IMG/VR virus record: IMGVR_UViG_2531839524_000005
DNA length: 34,440 bases
Strand: one strand, 5' to 3'
Origin: a virus
Lineage: Duplodnaviria; Heunggongvirae; Uroviricota; Caudoviricetes
This document shows positions 26,330-34,440 of this stretch, piece after piece. Made by a program: the position numbers and the translations under genes. The notes below the pieces were generated by a model. It was not told the DNA's origin. It worked only from the letters and a program-made list of their open reading frames with translations, and searched no databases. Each line of letters begins with the position of its first letter. Positions within the stretch are counted from its first letter, which is position 1.

Positions 26330-27556
26330 ATGTCAGAAATACCAATTACTATGACCAGTGCGGGTGCGCAGCCTACGCCACCCAATGATTTGCTCGCGAA
26401 TCTTATCACTAGAGTTGCTGAAAAAGTACCTGGATATACAGCCAACCTTCCGGCGGGGCTTATTACAGACCTTGCCAGCACGGCTGTCGGGGCGCTGGCA
26501 TTAATAGACCAGGCGCGGGGGGACCTTATTAACTCCGTAAGCCCATACGGCGCGAATATTCCGTTACTGATGCAACTCGGAAACATATATGGAGCACAGA
26601 AGGGATTAAGTACAAATACGGCGGTATACGTGGTGTTTGAGGCGTTGCCGGGGTTTGGTATCCCTAAAGGATTTGTTATCGGTGACGGCAACTACCAGTA
26701 TGCGGTTTCCCGCGATACCGTGGTACCGGAAAACGGGCAGACTGAGCCAGTCTACTGTGTGGCCACAACGTCAGGCTCATGGGCTGTACCGGAAGGGACC
26801 GTGACGCAGGTCATTACCTCAGTACCCAAAGACCAGCCTGTAAAATGCACCAACTTTACCGCAGGAATGCCCGGTCAGGAGGCGCAAACGTGGGCATCTT
26901 ACCGCGCCGAAGTCATGGAGTCCGGCATGTTTGGTGTGCAAGGAACACCGGATTGCTTTAAAGCTATGCTCAAATCAGTAAGCGGTGTGCGAGAAAACCT
27001 GATTTCTTTCCGGCAGTCGTCGCTGGGGAAATGGGTTGCGGTTGTTGGTGGCGGTGATCCGTATGATGTGGCTTATGCGATTTACAAATCTGTACCGGAT
27101 ATTTCGAAACTGACCAACGATGTAAGCAATCCATCCGGTGCGGCAGTGGAAAAACGCACGGTTTCAATAACCGTTTCGCCGGACGTTTATCAGGTGCCTT
27201 TCGTTATCCCGTCATCACAAAACGTCATGGTGCTAATCACCTGGAACACGGTGTCTGATGATTATGTTGATCCGGCGGGTATTGCTATGGCTGTGCAGCA
27301 AAACGTTGCTGATTACATCAATTCAATTGAAGTCGGACACCCGATAAATCTTCTGCGTATCCAGGATATTTTTACCAGTTCTGTCAGGTTGCTGGTTGAT
27401 GCGACGTTGATCTCAACAATCAGTGTGAGCATTGGTATTAACGGTCATATTGTTCTTCCGGCGAAAGACACAAGCCTGGTTTATGGCGATACCTATTCCT
27501 ATTTTTCAACGGTGGCATCACAGGTTCAGGTCAACAAGTATGCAATATCTGACTGA
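26330..27556 (+). CDS. Baseplate J-like protein (putative)
   Basis: 408 aa; position just upstream of the gpI-like, tail fibre and fibre-assembly genes. Confidence 0.45.
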   Translation: MSEIPITMTSAGAQPTPPNDLLANLITRVAEKVPGYTANLPAGLITDLASTAVGALALIDQARGDLINSVSPYGANIPLLMQLGNIYGAQKGLSTNTAVYVVFEALPGFGIPKGFVIGDGNYQYAVSRDTVVPENGQTEPVYCVATTSGSWAVPEGTVTQVITSVPKDQPVKCTNFTAGMPGQEAQTWASYRAEVMESGMFGVQGTPDCFKAMLKSVSGVRENLISFRQSSLGKWVAVVGGGDPYDVAYAIYKSVPDISKLTNDVSNPSGAAVEKRTVSITVSPDVYQVPFVIPSSQNVMVLITWNTVSDDYVDPAGIAMAVQQNVADYINSIEVGHPINLLRIQDIFTSSVRLLVDATLISTISVSIGINGHIVLPAKDTSLVYGDTYSYFSTVASQVQVNKYAISD

Positions 27557-28166
27557 GAAAATTCTCCCTGCTTATCCATTTGCGCAGTACAGAGATGATC
27601 CGAATGTTGTTGCGTTCTTTGATGCATACAATGAAATTGCTCAGGAATACCTCGATTCATTCAACAATCTGGCATTGCCATGCTGGACATCGGAATCAAT
27701 AACCGGGCAATTACTGGACTGGATTGCACTCGGGATTTATGGCGTTGAAAGGCCTTTACTACAGGTTTCCGAGGAGGCTATTGCACGCGGCGCATACGAT
27801 ACCATTGAATACAATACGATCCCGTATGCAGCAATGCGGAATTATGTTCCGGGGCAGGCATCGTATGTACCTGATGATTATTTCAAACGAATATTAACGT
27901 GGAATTTTTATAAGGCTGACGGTTCGCATTTCTGCATTGACTGGTTAAAGCGCCGTGTGGCGCGGTTCATTCATGGGAAAAACGGAATAGACCCGCCGTT
28001 GCAGCACACTTTTGATGTGAGCGTGACTGTATCGGACAGTGTTTTTTCTATTCAGATACCAGAATATGGTGATGGTATAGGCTATTTTCTGAAAGATGCC
28101 ATTGACCAGAAATATGTAAAACTCCCTTTTATTTATTCCTATGCAACAACGGTGATTCAAAAATGA
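27540..28166 (+). CDS. Tail protein I-like (baseplate/fibre attachment, putative)
   Basis: ATG at 27540 overlapping the J-like 3' end; about 208 aa; N-terminal MQYLTEKILPAYPFAQYRDDPNVVAFFDAYNEIAQEYLD. Confidence 0.4.
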   Translation: MQYLTEKILPAYPFAQYRDDPNVVAFFDAYNEIAQEYLDSFNNLALPCWTSESITGQLLDWIALGIYGVERPLLQVSEEAIARGAYDTIEYNTIPYAAMRNYVPGQASYVPDDYFKRILTWNFYKADGSHFCIDWLKRRVARFIHGKNGIDPPLQHTFDVSVTVSDSVFSIQIPEYGDGIGYFLKDAIDQKYVKLPFIYSYATTVIQK

Positions 28167-29548
28167 TTCTTGGATTCGGCAATAATGTTGTTTCAGCACT
28201 GGCTGGTGATATTACGACGATTCAGTCTGATATTCCGGTGATGCCGGGCACGGGAGCTAAATTTGCAAAATTGCTTTCTGCCGATTTTGAAAATAAATCG
28301 AACGGGCAACGCGTCTATGCAAAAATTACGCTTACCGATAATAAAGAGTCAGCGTTTGAGATTTGTCACCTGGTATCGGTAAGCGGTGATGTGCTGAAAG
28401 TCATTCGTGGGCAGGAAGGAACAACCGCGAAAGGTTGGTCCCTTAATGACGTTGTGGCTAACTTTGCCACACGTGGATCGGAAAACTATTTCGTACAGAT
28501 AGCGCAGCTTCAGAGCGGTCATTATATTGCGGGTGTTGCTGGCGGCACTGCAAATGCACTGACGCTGGAACTTCCCGCGACGTTTTTTGTTAATGGAGGC
28601 TCGGACTGGACGCTACGAACCCCGATTATCGTTTTCCCCGTTCAGAACAATACCAACGCTGCAACGCTGCAATTAACACTGGGTGGAAGGGTTCTTGGTA
28701 CGTTCCCGCTTTATAAGGGGAACAAGTCCGGGCTGGTAGCGAACGATATCATTAAAGGTATTCCTTTGATTTGCCTTCTTGATAGCGAGAAAAGCTATTT
28801 CAGTGTGATAAACCCTGGAAATATCTATTCAGATTTTGATCTGCGATATGTAAAAAAATCTGGTGATTTGATGACCGGGGAACTGAAAATCCGTGGTGTT
28901 AATGCGCTGAGGATTTTCAACGAAGCCTTTGGTCTGATTTTTCGTCGTTCGGAAGAGTGCCTGCACCTTATCCCTACCAGTGAAGGTCAGGGCGAGAATG
29001 GCGATATTGGTCCACTTCGACCGTTCACTATTAATCTGCGGACGGGTGAAATATCCATGTCGCATAAAGTGTCTGTTGGCGGCGGTTCTCAGGTCAATGG
29101 TGCGCTGGGTATCGGTGTTCAGAACGCGCTGGGCGGAAACTCAATTGCTTTCGGGGATAACGATACCGGCCTGAAACAGAATGGGGATGGCCTGCTGGAT
29201 GTTTATGCCAATAGCGTGCATGTGTTGCGTTTTCAGAGTGGCAGTATCCAGAGTAATAAAGCTGTAAACGTTACAGGACGGGTAACACCGTCAGACTACG
29301 GAAACTTTGATGCCCGTTACCAGACCAAAACAGGCGGCGTGCAGGATGTGCGTTATGGTTCCGAAATGTATTACAACCCGGGAGGTAACCAGATATCCTG
29401 GACATTTCGCTCACCTTCAGGCCACGGGTTATCCGGTATTAATGTTCAGGAAACCGGAAGTAATTCGGCAGATAACATCGGCGGCGTGTATTACCGACCG
29501 CTTCAGAAACTGATTAACGGTACCTGGTATAACGTGGCGAGTGTTTAA
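28163..29548 (+). CDS. Tail fibre protein (putative)
   Basis: 461 aa, ATGA overlap with the upstream gene, followed by a tail-fibre-assembly gene. Confidence 0.5.
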   Translation: MILGFGNNVVSALAGDITTIQSDIPVMPGTGAKFAKLLSADFENKSNGQRVYAKITLTDNKESAFEICHLVSVSGDVLKVIRGQEGTTAKGWSLNDVVANFATRGSENYFVQIAQLQSGHYIAGVAGGTANALTLELPATFFVNGGSDWTLRTPIIVFPVQNNTNAATLQLTLGGRVLGTFPLYKGNKSGLVANDIIKGIPLICLLDSEKSYFSVINPGNIYSDFDLRYVKKSGDLMTGELKIRGVNALRIFNEAFGLIFRRSEECLHLIPTSEGQGENGDIGPLRPFTINLRTGEISMSHKVSVGGGSQVNGALGIGVQNALGGNSIAFGDNDTGLKQNGDGLLDVYANSVHVLRFQSGSIQSNKAVNVTGRVTPSDYGNFDARYQTKTGGVQDVRYGSEMYYNPGGNQISWTFRSPSGHGLSGINVQETGSNSADNIGGVYYRPLQKLINGTWYNVASV

Positions 29549-29550
29549 CA

Positions 29551-30096
29551 ATGTTGCATTTAAAAAATATTACTGCGGGTAACCCGAAAACCGCGGAACA
29601 ATATCAGCTGACAAAACAATATGGTATCACCTGGCTTTTTTCGGAAGACGGCAAAAACTGGTATGAAGAACAGAAGAATTTCGCCAGCGACACAATAAAA
29701 ATAGCTTACACCGGAGACGGGCGCGTGGTGTGGGTCGGTAAGGATGTGACAGGCATTGAACCCCGTAACGCCAGTGTTATTGAAGTTCCTGATATTACCG
29801 CTAACCGCCGTATTACCGTGCCTGGTTACTGGTTTTACCGAAATGATGAATTTGTTTTCGACTACAAACTTAAAGCGGAAGATGAGCGTGATGCCCTCTT
29901 AAAACAGGTCAGCATCATGACCAGCGACTGGGAAAAAGACCTGCTGCTGGGATTAATCAGCGACGAAGACAGGGAGAAGCTGAAAGCGTACCGCATTTAC
30001 GTGAAATCGCTGCAGGCGATGGATTTCAGCACCATCGCTGATAAAACCTCATATAACGCCATTGAATGGCCCGTCTCTCCGGAAGCCTCTTCCTGA
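29551..30096 (+). CDS. Tail fibre assembly protein (Tfa-like chaperone)
   Basis: 181 aa directly after the fibre gene; the sequence including C-terminal ...YNAIEWPVSPE resembles Tfa-family chaperones as I recall them. Confidence 0.55.
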   Translation: MLHLKNITAGNPKTAEQYQLTKQYGITWLFSEDGKNWYEEQKNFASDTIKIAYTGDGRVVWVGKDVTGIEPRNASVIEVPDITANRRITVPGYWFYRNDEFVFDYKLKAEDERDALLKQVSIMTSDWEKDLLLGLISDEDREKLKAYRIYVKSLQAMDFSTIADKTSYNAIEWPVSPEASS

Positions 30097-30119
30097 TTTA
30101 ATTTATCGCGAGAAAAACT

Positions 30120-31946
30120 ATGTCTGTAGTGATATCAGGTGCGCTGATTGATGGCGCAGGCATCCCCATGTCCGGATGCCATATTATTCTGAAATCCCGG
30201 GTAAACACCTCAGAAGTGGTGATGCGCACAGTTGCCGACGTGGTGACAGGAAACTGTGGCGAGGACTGTTTTAAGGCGCAGACCGGAAAATATTGCGTAT
30301 ATCTGAAACAGGACTGGCGCGACGAGTACTATGTTGGCGACATTGCTGTATACGACGACTCAAAGCCCGGCACGCTGAACGACTTTCTGACTGCCCTTGA
30401 TGAAGGCGATTTAAAGCCGGATGTAGTGAAACGATTTGAGGAAATGGTGGTGCAGGCACAGCAGAGTGCTGAAATCGCAGCATCATGTGCAGAACAGGCA
30501 GGGCAAATATTAAATAACATCCAGGAGGTTGCAGGGCAGCTTTCCACAGTACGCTTCGAAAATTTTAACGATATTAGCAGGCGGTGTACGACAGCCATGC
30601 TGAAGCTGGAACAACCCGAGGTTGTTAATACATCAATATCTTTAAAAATAAAAGAAAATATCGATTTTAATTATGTCGGTGCAGTTAACGGATATTGCGA
30701 TATTCCTGAACCTGAAAAGTATAAAGTCGAAATGTATGCTTATACAACTGGAGAGTATTTTAACGGCGACGCTAATTTGAATAGTGACGGAACTTTCTAT
30801 TTCAGACGTTGCTGGACGGGAGCAAAACAGTTTCGTCTTATTCGGATTGAGGATAATGCGTGGATCACAACGCTGGAATTTCCGCTGCTCATTCGTAGTT
30901 ACTGGATGCCAGAGGACGCAGATCCTGACGTGATCAGGGTGATGAAAGACCGATGTTACACGTATGACCAGGCGCTGGCAGCACTGGCGTTGATGGTTCA
31001 GCGACATGAAGCTGTGGAAAGATACGTTTCAGGTTTGTGTGCACTTGTTGATGAAAACGGCGGGGTGAAATTTTTTGTTAACAGGCTGTCGGCCATGTCT
31101 TCGCGCGCCTATTATCGACTGGGCAATGCGGCATGGGTTTACTATGCCCTTGCGTTCTATCTGGAGAAATACCCGGACGGAGCACAGGTAAATATTGTTC
31201 GGGCAAAGTTGTTATCTGGCATCAGCTGGCTGGATTCTTTCCTGGTAACCGCCCCTGGTGATTTACGTGAAGGCCTGTATAAAGGCGGCCTTGGTCGTTA
31301 TGTAAATGGCGAATTTGACGCCAGTTTCGTTGCCGAATGGTGCGCACTGGAGCATAACGTTGATATCTGGTTTTTGTTTGAACTGATGGGGAGACTGGAA
31401 TTTGACGGCTTCATTCAACGCGCCGATGCGCTGGCAAAAAGTATCATCAGGGGGTTCTGGATGGAAGAGGAAGGCCGGTTCCGGCAGGGAGTACACCCAA
31501 CCAGTTATGATAACGCGGCGGCTCTTGATCAATCGTCATGGGGCGGGCTGTTTGTAGCGAATATAGACATGGCTAAAGCTGTACGTTGTCGTAAGTATAT
31601 GGGGCGTTTCTTTTTTGGCACCCGCGAAGCCACGGGTTACACACCTTACCACCCCGATTATGGATACAGTGGTCACAGTCGAGGTGTATGGGTGGAAGGG
31701 ACCGCAGGAGTGGCACTTTTTGAGAGAAAGCTTGGAAACGAGGTTACAGCAATGAATCTCATTGCAGCAATGGCACCGCTTCGTGATGAATACGGCTATC
31801 GTGATTCATGCGATGACCCGGCATATGATGTGCTCCCACCCTGGCCATCAACAACAAACACGGCGTGGGTAATCCTGACAGTAAAACCTGATAATTTTTG
31901 GCTGGTAGATTCACCGATCATGGACGTTGGCATGATTCGATACTGA
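30120..31946 (+). CDS. Tailspike / second tail fibre with a glycoside-hydrolase-like C-terminal domain (putative depolymerase)
   Basis: 608 aa. N-terminus MSVVISGALIDGAGIPMSGCHIILKSR resembles prophage tail-fibre N-terminal anchors. C-terminal half is aromatic-rich (WVYYALAFY, WCALEHNVDIWF, DQSSWGGLF), suggestive of an alpha/alpha-toroid glycosidase; unverified. Confidence 0.45.
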   Translation: MSVVISGALIDGAGIPMSGCHIILKSRVNTSEVVMRTVADVVTGNCGEDCFKAQTGKYCVYLKQDWRDEYYVGDIAVYDDSKPGTLNDFLTALDEGDLKPDVVKRFEEMVVQAQQSAEIAASCAEQAGQILNNIQEVAGQLSTVRFENFNDISRRCTTAMLKLEQPEVVNTSISLKIKENIDFNYVGAVNGYCDIPEPEKYKVEMYAYTTGEYFNGDANLNSDGTFYFRRCWTGAKQFRLIRIEDNAWITTLEFPLLIRSYWMPEDADPDVIRVMKDRCYTYDQALAALALMVQRHEAVERYVSGLCALVDENGGVKFFVNRLSAMSSRAYYRLGNAAWVYYALAFYLEKYPDGAQVNIVRAKLLSGISWLDSFLVTAPGDLREGLYKGGLGRYVNGEFDASFVAEWCALEHNVDIWFLFELMGRLEFDGFIQRADALAKSIIRGFWMEEEGRFRQGVHPTSYDNAAALDQSSWGGLFVANIDMAKAVRCRKYMGRFFFGTREATGYTPYHPDYGYSGHSRGVWVEGTAGVALFERKLGNEVTAMNLIAAMAPLRDEYGYRDSCDDPAYDVLPPWPSTTNTAWVILTVKPDNFWLVDSPIMDVGMIRY

Positions 31947-32064
31947 ATCAGGCGCAAGTTGAGCGCAACGATGCGATTTACCAGCGCCAGCGGGAGATGA
32001 AAAGCGAGTTGAGTAATCTGGAGAATTTGAAATCGATTAGAGATCTCAGACTAGATTGATAGAA

Positions 32065-32098
32065 GCCGCGGTTCATTGTATGCAAGAACGAACCGCGG
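32065..32098. repeat. Perfect 10-bp inverted repeat with 15-nt spacer
   Basis: gccgcggttc (32065..32074) and gaaccgcggc (32089..32098); no adjacent T-tract on either strand. Confidence 0.6.
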
Positions 32099-32171
32099 CC
32101 GACTGGTAAACTTTCGATCTGGATGCGCAATTTTCCGGTGATAGATTGAGTGGTTTTAGGACTTTTGGAGT

Positions 32172-32221
32172 GGGGCAAAAATGGGGCAAAACGTTGCAAA
32201 AGGGGCAAAAATGGGGCAAAA
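32172..32221. repeat. Four direct copies of GGGGCAAAA in 11-bp phased pairs
   Basis: Copies at 32172, 32183, 32202 and 32213, with a related ttgcaaaa at 32194; in the noncoding stretch between the last phage gene and the host-like genes. Confidence 0.6.
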
Positions 32222-32514
32222 AAAATGTAGGTTATCGTGATTTATTGTAGTTGTGGATGTGTCTTAACATTCTGAAAAATAAATAAAAATCTTGTGTGTC
32301 AGATAGTTGTAGTTTTTGCCCTTACTTGTTCAGGTTGTATTGTTCTTTCTTACTAATTTCTTGATTTTGCGACATTTAAAAGCGACTCAATTCGTTATAT
32401 GGCATCAGAAGAGTATGCGTCATGCCGGAACGCCCAGCATAAGAAATCTGATATAAAAACTGTGGCGTGTATGGTACGGATTAGAGGGGAAAATGTCAGC
32501 ACATTTGCGAAATG

Positions 32515-32546
32515 AATCAAAAAGCCCGCAGCAATGTGCGGGCGTT
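32515..32546 (-). terminator. Rho-independent terminator for the universal stress protein gene
   Basis: Hairpin gcccgca / tgcgggc with an A-tract on the + strand (T-tract on -), immediately 3' of the stop at 32551. Confidence 0.55.
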
Positions 32547-32550
32547 AGTG

Positions 32551-33066
<516 letters not shown>

Positions 33067-33091
33067 TTAGATCAAAGGAGGAAGAATAAGC

Positions 33092-33118
33092 AGAAAAAGC
33101 CCGCCATAACAGCGGGCA
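33092..33118 (-). terminator. Rho-independent terminator for the porin gene
   Basis: Hairpin gcccgc / gcgggc with an A5 tract on + (T-tract on -), just 3' of the porin stop at 33126. Confidence 0.55.
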
Positions 33119-33125
33119 GGAGGAT

Positions 33126-34097
33126 TTAGAACTGATAAACCAGACCTAAAGCGACAATATCATCGGTAGAGATGCCGTTGGCAGCGTAGAAACTGTCATC
33201 TTCATCCAACAGGTTGATTTTATAGTCAACATAAGTGGACATGTTTTTATTGAAATAGTAAGTCGCGCCAACATCGGCGTATTTAACCAGATCTTTATCA
33301 TCAACACCTGCCGGGTTGTCTGCACCACCGGCAGCGTGCAGGTCACGGCCTTTAGACATCAGGAAAGAGACTGCCGGACGCAGACCAAAATCAAACTGGT
33401 ACTGTGCAGTGACTTCAAAGTTCTGGGTTTTGTTTGCAACAGCATAATCGCTGTCGCCAAACGGGGTCATATTACGCGTTTCTGAATACATGGTTGCCAG
33501 GTAAATATTGTTAGCATCGTATTTTAGCCCAGCAGTCCACGCGTCTGCTTTATCACCACCCGCCGCAGTATGGTTAACCTGGTCATTGGTGCGGTCAGAA
33601 GAGGTGTATGCCGCACCAGCGCTAAAGCCCATGCCTAAATCATATGTTGTGGAAAGACCCCAGCCGTCACCGTTTTCATGGCGAACATCACGTCCGTTGT
33701 TGGTGCCTTCCTGACCATTACTGGCACCTTCGTTGTTACCTTGATACTGCACCGCGAAGTTCAGACCATTTACCAGACCGAAGAAATCAGTATTACGATA
33801 AGTCGCGACGCCATTGGCTCGACCAGTCATAAAGTTGTCTGCATTGGTATAAGAGTCACCGCCAAATTCAGGCAGCATATCGGTCCAGCCTTCGATGTCG
33901 TACATTACGCCATAATTACGTCCGTAATCGAAAGAACCGTAATCTGCAAATTTCAGTCCGGCAAATGCCAGACGGGTCCATGACTGGTTTTTTGAAGATT
34001 CAGTGTTGTTTGCCTGAATATTGTATTCCCATTGACCGTAGCCAGTAAGTTGATCGTTAATTTGGGTTTCGCCTTTAAAACCCAGACGCGCATAGCT
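33126..34097 (-). pseudogene. OmpC/OmpN-family porin gene, 5'-truncated by an IS10 insertion
   Basis: Frame is open from 34097 to the stop at 33126; translation [25 protein letters not shown]...VALGLVYQF matches general porins including the C-terminal signature. About the first 60 codons are missing on this side of the IS. Confidence 0.75.
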
Positions 34098-34440
34098 CTG
34101 ATGAATCCCCTAATGATTTTTATCAAAATCATTAAGTTAAGGTAGATACACATCTTGTCATATGATCAAATGGTTTCGCCAAAAATCAATAATCAGACAA
34201 CAAAATGTGCGAACTCGATATTTTACACGACTCTCTTTACCAATTCTGCCCCGAATTACACTTAAAACGACTCAACAGCTTAACGTTGGCTTGCCACGCC
34301 TTACTTGACTGTAAAACTCTCACTCTTACCGAACTTGGCCGTAACCTGCCAACCAAAGCGAGAACAAAACATAACATCAAACGAATCGACCGATTGTTAG
34401 GTAATCGTCACCTCCACAAAGAGCGACTCGCTGTATACCG
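34098..34440 (+). mobile_element. IS10 (IS4 family), outside end and 5' part, truncated by the window edge
   Basis: Terminal sequence CTGATGAATCCCCTAATGATTTT... and the following ~340 bp match the IS10 outside end as recalled, including the GATC site in the promoter region. A few differences from my recalled IS10-Right suggest an IS10-Left-like copy. Confidence 0.85.
34205..34440 (+). CDS. IS10 transposase, N-terminal part (partial)
   Basis: ATG at 34205; MCELDILHDSLYQFCPELHLKRLNSLTLACHALLDCKTLTLTELGRNLPTKARTKHNIKRIDRLLGNRHLHKERLAVY matches the IS10 transposase N-terminus as recalled. Confidence 0.85.
   Translation, partial: MCELDILHDSLYQFCPELHLKRLNSLTLACHALLDCKTLTLTELGRNLPTKARTKHNIKRIDRLLGNRHLHKERLAVY

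Noticed and set aside
32172-32221. Possible CRISPR array suggested by the repeated GGGGCAAAA units
   Set aside because: Repeats are only 9 bp, spaced 11 to 19 bp with no spacer-length unique segments and no cas genes; more consistent with protein-binding sites or an A-tract array.

Overview
The window is almost entirely the late (right-hand) half of a prophage, all encoded on the + strand, ending in a host junction. The order is: late-regulatory genes (DUF1367-like, YbcO-like, Q-like antiterminator), a terminator and two tRNA genes (Thr-UGU, Gly-UCC), a frameshifted TerB-like gene, a lysis cassette (two membrane proteins, M15-type endolysin, lipoprotein), a ParB-like nuclease gene coupled to a gene with glycosyltransferase-like acidic motifs, terminase small and large subunits, a head module, a contractile-tail module (sheath, tube, chaperone with a slippery site, tape measure), baseplate genes, tail fibre, fibre-assembly protein and a large tailspike-like protein. 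After about 32 kb the strand switches to host genes on the - strand: a universal stress protein (UspF/UspG family) and an OmpC/OmpN-family porin whose 5' part is cut by an IS10 element that runs off the window. The strongest candidate for an undescribed system is an AT-rich single-gene insert (25129..26289) between baseplate genes, with its own promoter-like sequence, RBS and terminator; its N-terminus fits the HsdR-N/PD-(D/E)xK nuclease pattern and the C-terminal ~250 aa carry no motif I recognise. A second candidate is the ParB-like plus glycosyltransferase-like pair upstream of the terminase. All family assignments are from reading the translations and recalled motifs; no database search was run. 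Head, tail and baseplate roles are assigned largely by size and gene order and are tentative.
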